A DNA stretch of 63,588 bases from Octopus sinensis (GCF_006345805.1 NW_021831862.1:1-63588), one strand, 5' to 3'; positions 25,484 through 39,420 are shown, counted from the first letter of the stretch. Made by a program: numbers and translations. The notes: a model not told the origin generated them from the letters alone.

Positions 25484-26818
25484 TAACTGTATTGCACTGC
25501 ATGAATAAAAAATATAGCTAGGAAATTAAAAAACAAAAACCTATTAGGTGTTCCTGGATGACATGTCAATTTCAGGGAATCCTTAGTTCTCAAATATCTC
25601 TCCTTCTCACTCAAAATTTAGTGCATTCGCCCGCAGGCAATAAATAAAAATGGTTTATTCATGCTATTTATTATACTATTATTCATCGTTATTGTTAAAA
25701 TGCATGCCATTGGCTGTTCAGATGAATTTCACTTAGTTCGTTCTAGTTTTGTGTGTGTATGTTTTGCAAAATATTTGATCTCCAAACAACACGGAATGAC
25801 AACGTAATATGATAGCATGAAATTATAACATTATCACTTGCTACTTTGTCATGACTAGCAAGAGCGAAACCGGCCGCCTATGTAAATATGCCTATCAAAC
25901 TAAACATGCAGCATAGTGACAATCGCTTATGAAGCTGAACGGAAGTGATATGTAAGTTTGATTGAGAGTAAGTTTAAACATCGCTATTTTATCTCTACAA
26001 GATCCTTCGAATACGCTCATAAGTGAACAACTACACTCATCAAGCACATTTCAGAATTAAAAATGTTTAACGTATTATACAAAAGCAAATGCAAAATTCT
26101 GAAAAGAAGTAAGCCATAAAGAAGCATGACCAAGAAATGTTACTGAGGAACAGAAGGTTATCTTGATGAAAATTCTAAAAACTATTTAAACAGCAGAGCT
26201 GGTTTCTCTAACAGTTTCCCATATTATGATAAATTCCTACTCAATCAGTGGAAATTACTACCCACACCAAACTGGCCAGTGCCCTACAAAATAACCTTCA
26301 CCAATAGAATACACCATGGGCTTCCCATCGTTCTCACCCCTGAAGCAAGTTTTTCTAAAGTTCCTTGTTAACAATCACCCTCACACTCCCCACTATTTCT
26401 TATAAGCTTCCTATTTTGATATGATTTCAAATTTCATATATAAAACTACATAAGCAGGAAAGTATTTTGCAAATACTAGCTACAGACACATAAATATATT
26501 TACCACCAACACTGAGTGACGCACTACAAAGAACAGCCGTTAATATATTTTGAATAGACTTGAATAATCTATTTATGTAATATAATACGAGAAAGATACA
26601 GAGATTCAGTTTCCTTGTGTGTTATATATGAATAAATGAAAGAATGGAGTCGAACGAGGATGTTAACAACATTCCTTCGTTCGACTCCATTCTTTCATTT
26701 ATTCATATATATGTATAAATATATATATATATACAAATATATATATATATTATATATATATATATACATATATAATAATATATATATAACACACACACAC
26801 ACACAGATAGATAGATAT

Positions 26819-26861
<43 letters not shown>

Positions 26862-26911
26862 CACGCACACGAAATTACAAGAATACAGAACAACTATACA
26901 GAAAAATGCCT

Positions 26912-26988
26912 AATGACTGAAGATACGCGTAGGGTTTGAAATCCCTGAGGGGCTTTGCCGTAGATACATATGAAACTTGAGTAACATT
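26912..26988 (+). ncRNA. Degenerate minimal HHR motif
   Basis: AAUG(A)-CUGAAGA..GAAAC-UUGA-GUA-(A)CAUU; helix III ACUUGAGU is self-complementary with G-U pairs; helix II closure is poor. Confidence 0.45.
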
Positions 26989-27303
26989 ATGAAACTTCAG
27001 TAGCATAAATGTTTCATAAGTGCAATCAAAGAGAAACTTGTGTGTGTGTATGTGAGTGTGTGCATTTAGTATAATCCTGGATCGAAATTCGAGATGACTG
27101 CAACTTATTAAAATGCACATCACGCTAAGTGGAGACAATATTCATTCATACGGAAAATAAGATCTTATAATGATACAATTGTTTCAATACATACTTGTAT
27201 CTTGTCAAAAATGGGAATCCTACACATCGACATTTGTACACACACAACACAAAGATATCTTCACATACATAAGTCTGCCAGTGAGTAAATAACGAAGATA
27301 CGT

Positions 27304-27347
<44 letters not shown>

Positions 27348-27604
27348 TTAAATTCTACTTCATTTTTTAGTTATGAGAGTCCTAGGTGTTTGTAAATATA
27401 CTGTTGGGTTGGAATGTTGGTTGAACTTCGATGCACACAGCCATGTGAATGCAACTATTCACATAAAGAATATCAACTGGAGAATTTTGGGATCTTACAA
27501 ATCTTCCCTGCATTGCTAATAGATTGGATTTAGAGGATACGCATCAGTTTCTTTCGCTCCTTTTTTTTTTTCGAAAAAAACTTAGGTATAAATTTGTAGG
27601 TACA

Positions 27605-27695
27605 TATATTTCTTTACTACTCACAAGGGGCTAAACACAGAGGGGACAAACGAGGACAGACAAACGGATTAAGTCGATTACATCGACCCCAGTGC
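27605..27695 (-). mobile_element. SINE family B 3' fragment
   Basis: cacaaggggctaaacacagagg..aagtcgattacatcgaccccagtg. Confidence 0.85.
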
Positions 27696-27704
27696 AGATA
27701 AGTA

Positions 27705-28132
27705 CTGTACTGTATGTAGATTTAGCCCACAAACAAACTGTAAAGCCAAAATTGTAGTCTATAGTATAAGATGTATAGAGGGACGATGCAGTAACAAGAC
27801 AATGACATACGTAGGGGAAACGGCAAGAAGCATAGGAGAGCGGGTAAATGAACATTGGAGACAACTCAAGGAAGGTAAAAGCTCATCGATTCTGTACCAA
27901 CACGCCGAACAGGAACACGGGGGATCAATCAACAATATAGAAATTAAAATATTGTCCACACATAGAACAGATGCAACAATCAGACAAATTACAGAAGCTA
28001 CACACACAACAGAAAATAAACCTAGCCTGAATAGAAAACTAGAATGGAGCAATAGCACACACCACAACATATGACGATAGAGGATCCCGAAAACATAATA
28101 AATACACATATAAATAAACAAATAGAAATAAA

Positions 28133-28169
<37 letters not shown>

Positions 28170-28654
28170 GATTCGATTTATTATTATTATTACTAGTATT
28201 GTTGTTATACATACATACATACAAGCATATGTAATGATAATAATAAGTGGATGTAAACACATGAACAAAATAAGAATAAACAAAAACAACAACAACAAAA
28301 ACAAAATACAAATTACATGAACGTATATAAACAGAAGATACAAATATTACAGGCATCACCCCACATACACACACTAAATAAACATAGACGCACATAGAGA
28401 TATAAGCATGCGCAAATGAAGACATACAATAGAAATACAAAATGGCTGACGGTTAGTAAGGAGAGACACAAATAAGAAAGAAGAAAACAAAGGACCACTG
28501 ATGCAGTCACAGGAGTGTGACGAAAGAACTCTGGCCGAAATAAGATTAAGATTAATGTAAAAAATAAATAACACTGAAGCAAAATAACACTAAATATATA
28601 GTGCGTGTGTTTTTATTGGCTAAACTGGCAAAATGACCATTCCGAAATATAACA

Positions 28655-28655
<1 letters not shown>
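27705..28655 (+). mobile_element. 5'-truncated Penelope-like element: GIY-YIG domain plus 3' repeat
   Basis: CTVC..NC..VVYSIRC..C..TYVGETARSIGERVNEH..LYQHAEQEH..IEIKIL..EA..KPSLNR; stop at 28074; repeat 28167-28655. Confidence 0.88.
28492..28536 (+). ncRNA. Minimal HHR variant (CUGAUG-C-A core)
   Basis: GG(A)CCA/UGGCC helix I; GUCAC/GUGAC helix II; GAAAG-AA-CUC; sense to the upstream GIY-YIG ORF. Confidence 0.6.
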
Positions 28656-28685
<30 letters not shown>

Positions 28686-29107
28686 ATGAGGAAATTTAAA
28701 CCTCTTGTAGATATATTTTTATCCCAGATACACTGGTTTAATATGCTGTACTTTGAAGAGATTTTCCTTCAATGAATATTTTATATAAAATATCGTGAGA
28801 TATCAAATATAATTATTAAGTTACAAAGCAAAAAAAACTAATAGATACAAACTGATTTATCAATTAATTTACATTTTCACCTACAATTCTTTCATTTTAC
28901 AAACGAAATTAAGATTATAAAACATATATAAATATGTAATTTTGCATTTTAAATACCTTGATCTTCCATTCAAGGTGTTTAAAAGGCAAATATATATATA
29001 TTTATATGTTTAGTAATTTTAATTTTGTTTGTGAAATGAATCAATTGTAGGTGAATATGTTAATTAATTAATTTGTATCCTTTAGATCTCTCTGTTTTCT
29101 AACTTTA

Positions 29108-30167
29108 TCTTTATATATATATAAAACTGAGAATGTGTGTCTATCTGTCTGTCTGTTTGTGTGTTTCCCTAAAACTTCAGAACTACACAACCAATTTCAT
29201 TCAAATTTTAACTTTTTGCCTAGGGCGAGCCCACAGCAATATCATATCTTCTCCACTACGATTCCCTAAAACTTGAGAACTACACAACCAATTTCATTCA
29301 AATTTTACACATGCCTTACTTAGGGTCCATGTAGTTTCATGGCAAAAAAAATTTTCAACTTCTTGCCTAGAGCGAGCCCATAGCAATATCATATCTTCTC
29401 CACTATTTCAGTATTACGTGTTAAAAGAGAAACAAAAACATTTCTCTATTTTATGTCAGATACTTTCACTTTAACAATAAAAATAATAATAACAATTGAA
29501 TTATATGTAGTAAGTAATAATTAAAATCAAACTAAAGTATAATATAATCGTAACACAAAAAAAGTAAAAATAGCAATTGGTATAAAATTGCATCAATGTC
29601 TTGAACTTGAATAAGTGGTTTCACATGAATGGAAATAAATTAAAAATAAAATTAGCGTGTAGAAATGGAATAGTCCAGATGGATAATAAAAAATTAAATT
29701 AAAGAAAAGACTATTGTCTATAAAGTATACACGGTAAATTTGCCACAATAGAAGCAAGGCTCGAGTCAACGGAGCGTGCAAGGGAGTAGTCGACTCGAAC
29801 TTGCAAAGTGAAAATATTTTACTTTTACCTTTATATCTGGGACGTAGGACGTCCCGGAAAAAAATTTTAAATGCACCCCCACCCACCCCCAGAAGTAGAG
29901 GTAGGCTGGATTGTAGCCACACTTCTATACAAGAGGGAGGACAAGATACAATTGATCGAAATTACAAGTGACGGGCAAACAATTCCAGGCTGTTATATAT
30001 TTTGAGTATTGTTATCACTAGCGATATCAAGATATAACTTTGTATTTTGTATTTTATGTCTAGATGTATATATATATATAGATGTAAATGTAATATGTAC
30101 ACATATATATACACATATATACATGCGCTAGCACTATGACCCGGCAACGTCGGGTCTTTAATGCTAG
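29108..30167 (+). mobile_element. Complete non-autonomous Helitron (1060 bp)
   Basis: A|TC start, (TCTG)n near the 5' end, subterminal hairpin gacccg/cgggtc (30138-30156), CTAG|T end, no TSD. Confidence 0.85.
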
Positions 30168-30184
30168 TAATTATATAAATATAT

Positions 30185-30410
30185 TCTTTCTTTTATTCTT
30201 TTATTTCTTTATTTGTTTCAATCATTTGCGACCATGCTGGAGCACCGCTTTTAGTCGAACAACTCGCACCCAGGACTTATCTTTTGTAAGCCTAGTACTT
30301 ATTCCATCCGTCTCTTTTTGCCGAACCGTTAAGATGCGGGGACGTAAACATCCCAACATCGGTTGGGGGACAAGCACAGTCACAGAAATACATACACACA
30401 CACACACACA
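30185..30410 (-). mobile_element. SINE family A 3' half
   Basis: gtttcaatcatttgcgaccatgctggagcaccgc..gccgaaccg. Confidence 0.85.
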
Positions 30411-30655
30411 CATACATATATGTGTGTGTGTATATATATATATATATAATATAATATATATATATATATTATATATATATATATATATATAATCAAAATA
30501 AGCAACGAGGATATCCAGAGGTAATGCAGAGGTTACAACTGTGATGTTGTTGATAAAACATGTTCTTTGTCTATCTCCTTATCCTCTTGGTGATTTTGGA
30601 TAAAAAGAAAATTATACAAATGAATCCTTCAAATTTAACTAAATTCTGTATTTTT

Positions 30656-30744
30656 ATGCAGCTGAAGATTGGTCTACATTTTAAATTGATGTAATGTTTG
30701 CATTGTTCAATTAAATGGAGTCGTATGAAATGATCGTGCTGCAT
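30656..30744 (+). ncRNA. Decayed HHR inside a fold-back (30491-30529 / 30739-30777)
   Basis: Helix I AUGCAG/CUGCAU; CUGAAGA; GAAA; helix III AUGAUCGU; position 17 is G (non-cleavable); helix II is decayed. Confidence 0.6.
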
Positions 30745-30829
30745 TACCTCTGGATATCTTTGTTGCTTATCTTGATTATAATCACTCCATTTTGAATTAT
30801 ATGGATAATACCATACTAATTTTACTGAA

Positions 30830-30922
<93 letters not shown>

Positions 30923-31222
30923 GTATATATATATATAAAGAGATGAAGATATTTATTTCAACATTTGATATCCAGTGAGAAAACGATCGTTTCACAGCCA
31001 GCATCATGAAAAAATAATCTATTTTAGTGTATAATAAATTATATTATATGTCTGCGATTGTATATGTGTAATAAATTACATAGGATTGTACATTTTACAA
31101 GTTAATACAGGTATCGAGGGTAAGTCTTCAGATTCATAGAATATCATGGTTACATCAATTTTTCACCTTTTTTTGTGAGTACCACTGCATTAGATAAACC
31201 CATGTATTGTGCATTGAATTTT

Positions 31223-31264
<42 letters not shown>

Positions 31265-31277
31265 ATATTAAAGATAT

Positions 31278-31311
<34 letters not shown>

Positions 31312-33121
31312 ATGCGGGCGGGCGCGTGCGCGTGTGTGTAAACTTAACGTAAATTATTTTTAACGCTTTTACGATGGAACTCGAATTTGTTAAAACTCTA
31401 TACAACATGTGGAATACTGGGCTTCCAAACGTACATACATATACACATAACATATATATGGGGTAGGGTATACATCAATATTTACATGTTCGTATGTGTT
31501 CTAAGAGAGGAAATTGACAGTGAGGTTTATCTGTAACTATTACAGGTAAGTTCAAGATGCTGTGAAGGAAATGAAAAGAAACTGAGTAATTAAAAAATGT
31601 CTATCTGTGTATACATCCATATACATCTGGAAATATCAGTATACATATAATAGTATACATATATAGTATCAGTATAAACAAACACACACACATACTTATA
31701 TACATATATACACATAAACACACACATATTCCTCTACCCGAAGGCCTAATTAACAATCATATAAGGTGTTTTATATCCGGTTTAATAAAAAGTTCTGAAT
31801 CTCCCATATCTTTTGGGTTGTTGGCATGCCAGATTGCCCTTCGGCTATATACTTAGATCCTCACTTCTCCTTTTTTTTACTATCTTGTTTTCCTACTTCT
31901 ATTTCCAACTCTCTGCCTTCCTTTTAATTTAAATTCTTTATTTGTTTTCGTTGTTTTATGAAGTTTTTCGCTCATTGATAGAAAAATGCTACAAGTTTAT
32001 ATCGGGCAGGATGTTAAGTATTACTGAGAGATAATGCCTGTTAATGTTTCTAGAAACTAGACATTGTGCCAAATAGCGAAAACATATTCTCCTCCTACCA
32101 AATAAAATCATGTATGTTCCTGTGTTTACGGAGCTTGTAGCGTATTCACGAGGTTCTGGGTTCCATTCAACTTACTGGTAAGCCAAATGTTTTCTCTCAT
32201 AACTGAGGTCTAGCAAAGCCAGGTGAGAGATACTTTGGGAGACGGAAACTGAAAAATGTGTGGAAACCTCGTCGAGAGTGGGGGCCATTTCCGTTCATGG
32301 GTCATTGACTTATTTAGTAGTTTGCAGGCATATGTGCATGTGCGCTCGCGGGCGTGTGTCTCTATGCGTGAATATGTGTGTGCCCGCGTGTCTCTCTGCG
32401 TGCGTGTATGTGTATGTATGTGTGTGCGTGTGTGTGTCTGCGTGTGTATGTGTGTGTGTGTGTGTGTTGTGTGTGTGTGTGTGCTTAATCCAGATATGTA
32501 GGAGAGCATCATAACTCTGATACGTGACAGGGAAATTCATCCTCTACACCCGACCTATTTAGCGAAAAGGACCTGTCGCATCAAGATAGTAAGAGTTCCG
32601 CTTGTGTTGGACATCTGGTGGTTACTAGCATGTATCATTCTGGAGAACAGTGAGACTCTACTCGAGAGTAACGGAACGATGAGGAAGCTTGGTCCGGGAA
32701 AGCCGTTTCTGCAATTTCTTGTTGAACAACCCGCATAAATGATTTGTCCATAGTGATCAAATGCATATGCTGTACGTTAGCTCACCGCTCCATCAAATCG
32801 ACGTTTTCCTGAATAGGTGCATGGTATACCACACGTCAGGTGTCGAAGTGATCGCAGAGAAACGTCAGATGAATCGTTTGCTCAAGAACACAACGCACCA
32901 GCTGGTCCAAGATTTGAAACAGAGACCTCGCGATTATGAGTTCAACAGCCTAACCACTACGCCATTCACCCTCACTTATTTCAAACATATTTTTGATTAA
33001 TGTGACTCTGGAGAAAGGGGCTGTGCCGTTAACCTTGCAGAGTTTACGAAAGTGATATGATCTCGGCCCATTTCATGTACTTCTAGAACAAGTGTTAAAT
33101 GCATTCCCCTCTATGTGTATA

Positions 33122-33510
33122 TATTCTTTTATTCTTTTACTTGTTTCAGTCATTTTGACTGCGGCCATGCTGGAGCACTACCTTTAGTCGAACAGGACTT
33201 ATTCTTTGTAAGCCGAGTACTTATTCTATCGGTGTCATTTGCCGAACCGCTAAGTTTCCATGACGTAAACACACCAACATCGATTGTCAAGCGATGGTGG
33301 TGGGGACAAACACAAACACACAAAGACATATATATATATATACATATATACGACAGGCTTCTTTCAGTTTCCGCCTATCAAATCCACTCACAAGTCTTTG
33401 GTCGGCCCGAGGCTATAGTAGAATACACTTGCCCAAGGTGCCACGCAGTGGTTCTGAACCTGGAACCATGTAGTTAAGAAGCAAGCTTCTTACCACACAG
33501 CCACTTCTGC
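33122..33510 (-). mobile_element. SINE family A, near full length
   Basis: Reverse match from the tail to the head cttaccacacagccact. Confidence 0.9.
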
Positions 33511-33577
33511 GCTTATATGTGAGAGTGTATGTTTTGTGTGCGTGCGTATGTATCTGTGTGTGTGTTGTGTGTGTGTG

Positions 33578-33618
<41 letters not shown>

Positions 33619-34469
33619 GTATAAATTCCTACATACATATGCATACGTACATAGACACATACAAACGCATTGTACACCTAAATGTATGTATGATATGTAG
33701 CAAGCAAGAAATTATCCAGTTAAAGACGGCTAAATATAACATGCCATCAACCAGAATCCTGCCAATTACTTGACCCTCCTTTCATGGGAACTGAATAACG
33801 GGCGCTGTGAAGAATGGTGAAAGTAATCGACTTTTAACAATGCATTGTAGCATTTTGGCAGCGTGACCGGATGACGTAAGGAATACTGCGTAATATCGGA
33901 AGTTATATGAATATCATAGATTTTTTTCTATAGCACAAAATATCATGCACGCACACACGCACACATACGCACGCGCGCACACACACACACGTGCGCGCGC
34001 GCGCAGTTACATATTTACATAAAAACATCCAAATATATTTTCTCTTGCATTATAACTATAGTTAAAAACTTTTCAGGCATGTGTGTGTGTGTGTGGTGTG
34101 TGTGTGTGTGTTTGTGTGTGTGCGCGAAGAAATAGATTTAATACTCGCTCTAGAAGTACATAGACTGGAGCGATCATACCACATTCGGAGAGTCTGGAAG
34201 GTCATCCGCTGCGCTTCTTCCTCCAGAGCAAGACTTAACCAAATATATATCAGACGTATGCATGCAAACATACAGAAGCACACGTCCTCTCTCTCCTTCG
34301 CTCTCTCTCTCTCTATCTCTATCTCTCTCACACACACACACACACACACAAGCACACAACACACACACACAGAGTTACATACGTGCATGCCTGCCCGTTT
34401 GAATATTTTCCAACATCCGTCCATACATATATATATACATACACTGTAGCTAGGACACCCTATAATGAA

Positions 34470-34940
34470 ATCTGTCGGAAAGTTACCCTGAGGACAAAGT
34501 GATAAGAACCCACAGTATGGTAGAAGCCGTAGCCACTCATAATAAAAGGAGTACTGCTGGGATGTCCTAGTGAAGACCTCAATAACATGTAAGCACAACA
34601 GACCTGATAAAATGATTTGGGATAGAGAAGAGAAACTGGGCACAGTTATGGAAATTAGCTGCCCAGCGGATGTTAACATAAAGCTGAGGATCAGTGAAAA
34701 AGAGAATACCTACGCTGAAGCATTGAGAAATCTGCAGTTACTCTATCCAGATTACAAGTTCAGGTTTATAACTGTAATTATTGGGGCCCTGGGATATGTA
34801 ACACACCGCCTAAATAAAAATCTTGAGAAATTAGGCTTTTTAAAACCAGAAAGAGAAGGCTAATTAGAAGACTACAGATCCAATCCACCACTGGAACTGT
34901 AAAAATCTGTATAACTTTCCAGAAGTTTGTCATTTAAATA
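34470..34940 (+). mobile_element. RLE-endonuclease LINE 3' fragment (R4/HERO/NeSL-like)
   Basis: WD..KTSITCKHNRPDKMIWD..MEISCPADVNI..SEKENTY..VIIGALG: a PD..(D/E)..K restriction-like domain. Confidence 0.8.
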
Positions 34941-35373
34941 TATATGAGCATGTCTAGATATGCAACTATATGTACGAGAATACAAACATAAAGCAAAACA
35001 TACATACATAATTACATACATGCATACATACATACACACATACATACATACATACATACATACATACATACATACATACATACATACATACATACATACA
35101 TACATACATGTATGTAGATGTATATGTTTGTATACATTTATGTATTTCTACATGTACGCATGTATTCATGTATATATGTGATTGCGTCTACTAGTTTTGA
35201 CACCATGATAGAATTCCGCACCGTCTTCCCAGCGGGGTTGTTCGTTTTAATCCTCCCATGAAACAAGCAAGGGTTGTGTGACATGAAGAGCATCCAGCCA
35301 TAGATCTGCTTTAACGAAATGCAGGCACAGCAAAGCGAACGTTAAAAAGTTAAGAATAATAGTGATGATGATG

Positions 35374-35429
<56 letters not shown>

Positions 35430-35482
35430 AATTATGTATGTATGTATGTGTGTATGTATGTATGTATATGTATATATATACA

Positions 35483-35699
35483 CGAAAGGGTGCTGAAAAG
35501 TTCCTAGCTTTAAGGGTGTCGCGAATGGACTGGTTGGAGGCCCAACTTTCCGAGTTCTTTTAGAGAGCTTAGAAAAACAGAAGGACCGCTGCAATGAGCG
35601 TGTGAATCTAAGATGGGAATATGTTGAATAAGATCATATTTATCTGATTCTCTTGTATTTTCTTTCAGCCAAAGCCAGGAATTTTTCAGCACTCCCTCG
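35483..35699 (+). mobile_element. Mariner deletion derivative/MITE (217 bp)
   Basis: TIRs cgaaagggtgctgaaaagttcctagcttt / aaagccaggaatttttcagcactccctcg|TA; retains C-terminus KDRCNERVNLRWEYVE*. Confidence 0.8.
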
Positions 35700-36439
35700 T
35701 ACATAGATGATGATGATGATGATGATGATGAGGAGGAGGAGGAGGAGGAGGAGGATATAAACATATACATACATATACATGCAACCACACATTCATATGC
35801 ACATACATTCATGGGAGAATAGTGAAGATTTAAGTAATGATATGATATATATAATCACTATAAGTATTTGGGTGTATATTTAACACTTGAAATAATAGTT
35901 ATATTCAGCTAAATGATGCGATGTAATGAATACATTCCTATTTAATTATATGTAATTTTGAGTTCAAATGCCGCTGAAGTTAACTTTTCTTTTCGTCCTT
36001 TCTGGGTGTTTAAAATAAGTGCCAGCTAAGTAGGGCGATCGAGGTAATCTATATACCCATTCACTTTGAATAGCTGGCCTTGTGCCAAAATGAAAAACAA
36101 TGATATTGGCAAACTGGCAGATCAAGTACCAGCCAAGACTTGATAGTTCGATTGGCCAGTCCCACCTTTCACAATTCCTAACCTTGTGCGTAAAATAGAC
36201 ATTAAAATGGTATCGAATTGATAGAATCGCGAGAGCGTTGAATGAAAAATTATTTGAGGTAAACTTGCCGAATTGTCACCGCGTCGTACAAAATGCCTAG
36301 CGGCATTGGGTTAAAGTACCTCTGAAATCTGTTTTGCCTTTCATCTTTGCAAGAATCGATAAAATAAAATACTAGTCATGTACTGTCGTCGATGTAATTC
36401 ACTAATGTCTCACTAAAAAACCAAAGTTTGCAGCCATAG

Positions 36440-36630
36440 TCGATAAGCTAGCTGAATCGTTTGCACCTCGGGTAAAATGCTTACAGGCATTTCATCTGGC
36501 TTTCCGTCCTAAATTCAAATTCTACCGAAGTCGACTTCGATAAATAAATAACAGTTGAGCACTGGGGTCAGTGCAATCGACTAGCTCCCTCTTATAAAAT
36601 TTCAGGTCTTGTGTCCATAATAGAAAGGAT
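36440..36630 (+). mobile_element. SINE family B, diverged
   Basis: gctagctgaatcgtt..aattcaaattctaccgaagtcgact..cactggggtc..tagaaaggatt. Confidence 0.7.
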
Positions 36631-36689
36631 TGCGACTCAGCATCTGGAGAAGCGGGTCAATGCCGTTCAACTACGTTGTTGGGTGCTGA

Positions 36690-37500
36690 ACAGACGGAAC
36701 GGTTAAATTGCTAACGTTCTGGTTTGGTCGGGATCTCCAAATGGACAAAAACAATCAATGTGGCTACTCTCACCCAGAAATATGCTGACAAGAAGCCATC
36801 CCTGAAAAATCGGGCAGAAGTGGCTAATGCATACATCACAGCTGTCATCTACCTCCGCCTGACACTCATGCCTTGTCCCCGTCTGGCTGCACTGGAGCTT
36901 ATACTTTTTTCTCTTTTTGTAGAAAAGACGGGTGCCCATGGTCAGGCGATCCATCAGCTGTCAACATCCGTTGCGTGGTGAACTGATCCTGTCATTGCTA
37001 ATGATGCGAAAGCATGCGCTATGGCTGCGACATTTTCATCGCTTCCTTGATGGTGAACAGGTGTGGTCACCGTTCGCCAGACGCGTGTTTCTCAGATTGT
37101 TTCCTTGACAGGGTTGTAGTCCTGGGTAAAGCAGAGACCGAACGAGAGATCTTCGAAAGTGGAATGTCTTCAAGCGCTCACAGCCCTCAGCCGGTCGAGC
37201 ACTACGATAGACGGAATATCAACTTTAGCGCTCTGTAGAGGATTAGTGGCGGGTAAAAACGATGACGTTCTCAAAGAGACCTGAATATTGAAGACGATCA
37301 GCTCGCCGCGCTCTTCTGGAGAACATTTGGCTTGGGGTAGATGGATTGAGAGGCTGGTTTATTAGATACCCCCTCCACACTTCTTTTTTTTTTGGACCAG
37401 GAGGAGGTAGTGAGGTCATAGAGCCTTGCTTCGGTCGAGATCAAATAATATAAATTTGTCCTATTGTAAAAAAAAATTTCTGGCCTGGCAATGCTACCGG
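36690..37500 (+). mobile_element. Old Tx1-like LINE ORF2 fragment
   Basis: KKPSLKNRAEVANAYITAVIYLRLTLMPCP aligns to RKLSLKGRAEVANTYIASIIYYRLTVVPCP of the 47-51 kb element. Confidence 0.8.
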
Positions 37501-37549
37501 GGAACATTGTCGGTTCGAGATAAACTCTATAGGCACTGAAGTGCCGTCA

Positions 37550-37757
37550 GCCATGTTTGAGATGTGCGCAAGGCGACGAAACCACTTCGCAGCATCTCGT
37601 CCGTGTAAGTTCTGAGTTCACATTCACGAGACTGACTTTGCCTTTCATCCTTTCGGGATCGATGAAATATGTACTAGTTATGCAGTGGGGTGGATGCAAT
37701 TCACTTGCACCCGCCCCTCACATTTCAAGCTTTGTGCTTATAGTAGAAAGGATTATT
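37550..37757 (+). mobile_element. SINE family B
   Basis: ttctgagttc..gactttgcctttcatcctttcggg..tagtagaaaggattatt. Confidence 0.8.
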
Positions 37758-37759
37758 AA

Positions 37760-38095
37760 TAACCTCTCAGAGCGCTCAGTCATGTTTGTTCTGGTTGATT
37801 CTGTGAGAGCGGACAGCAGCCTGCTGTCAGAGGTCTCACAGGGTCTCTTTCCGCACATTACAACCTTTGATAATTTGGTGTTAATTATCATGGAAAACAT
37901 TCAACACCCAAGTACCAGTCTCAAAATCCTAGCTTTCCCCAGTAGAGCAGTCTTTTGGTGACGCTTGCTCTGCTCCCGTGTTAATTCCGATTTCTCTGAC
38001 ATATTTCTCGAACTTGGTTGTTCGTGCTCCGGGTGGCCCTTATAACTGCTGGGATGACAGACATTCTCCTCATAGTCCACACTCATGCATTTTCG
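37760..38095 (-). mobile_element. RLE-type LINE 3' end
   Basis: Minus RMSVIPAVI..FEKYVREIGIN..QKTALLGKARILRLVLGC*, then 3' UTR. Confidence 0.75.
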
Positions 38096-38529
38096 TCTTT
38101 TAGTAGTATGTACTTTTCAATCTTTTCTAGTTCTTTGTCACCTTTCATCATCGTCACCATAATTATTATCATCATTTTCTTCTTCCCTTCTTCTTTCTCC
38201 CATCCATACCCCTGTGGTTAATAAAAGAAATCATCATCATTATCATTGTTGTTGTTGCTGTTGTTGTTGTTGTTGTTGCTGCTGCTACTGCTGCTGCTGC
38301 TGTTGTTGTTGTTCATTATCGCCTTCTCCATTCGTCATCTTCTCGTTCTTTTTCTTTTTTCGATCCGGGAACTTCTTTTTAAATGTTTCTCAATAGTTGA
38401 TTTGTAGATTATTCCGAGATTCCTCCAGGGAATTTTTATTAATTTTTTGGTTTCTGTTCCTTCCATATAAGTCATACTACCATTGAGACTTTGCAGCAGT
38501 CTTGAAGTAAACACAATTTCGCTTCTCTC

Positions 38530-38574
<45 letters not shown>

Positions 38575-39104
38575 ACACCTAACAGTCATTTGTGATGTAG
38601 CCATGTCACTTGATTTGCTTTCAATACTCTCCCTCCACCACCACCACCACCACCATATCACCACCATGGTTATAGAAAGTAAATAGTATGATGTATGTTT
38701 ATTAGGTAATAAACACAAAGAAAATATGAAGTTATTGGCAGCCATCTTTAAGTAGAAGCTATTCATACAAATCAACTGAAGATGAAAATAAAAATCCGTC
38801 GAAAATCCTCCCCAGACAACAAACCTTCAGAACAAAGAGCCAAATGTTCAGCTCCTACGTGGTAGCTTGTACTACTAAAAACAACAGCCAAATCTCACAA
38901 ACCACGTCATATTGTCTTATGAATGGAAGGGACACATTAGATTAATTATTCTTAGGCATCGTTAAAAGAAAGAAAAAACGTGATGGGTGGTCACATTTGG
39001 AATGTTTATTTGATCATAGTGAATCTAGCGTTGAATAGCAAGATTGTTTGGAAGGGAATCAATAAGAAATGGAATCTAGAAAGTGGAAATGTTGAAAAAC
39101 TACT

Positions 39105-39420
39105 GGCGTAGCTGCGTGGTAAGAAGTTTGCTTCCCAGCTACGTGGTTCCAGGTTCAATCCCACTGCGTGGAACCTTGGACAAGTGTCTTCTACTAAAGC
39201 ACCAGGCCAATTAAAACGTTGTGAATGGATTTGTTAGACGGAAACTGAAAGAAGCACATCGTATGTGTATGTGTGTGTGTTTCCATGTGTGTATGTGTGA
39301 GCGCGCGTGTCTGTTGATGTGTGTGTCGCCCATCAACGCTTGAGGACATGTGTTAGTTCGGTAAAGAGAAATTCATAGAATAAATACCAGGCTTTAAGAA
39401 ATTGCTAGGATCGATTTGTT
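39105..39420 (+). mobile_element. SINE family A, diverged
   Basis: tagctgcgtggtaagaagtttgcttccc..ggttcaatcccactgcgtgg head and internal (TG). Confidence 0.8.

Noticed and set aside
26100-26330. Possible Tc1 N-terminal remnant (VTEEQKV..GNY..TG..P.K)
   Set aside because: Similarity is too weak and no TIRs were found
29690-29740. KTIVYKV as a RepHel C-terminal remnant inside the Helitron
   Set aside because: Seven residues in AT-rich sequence are not significant
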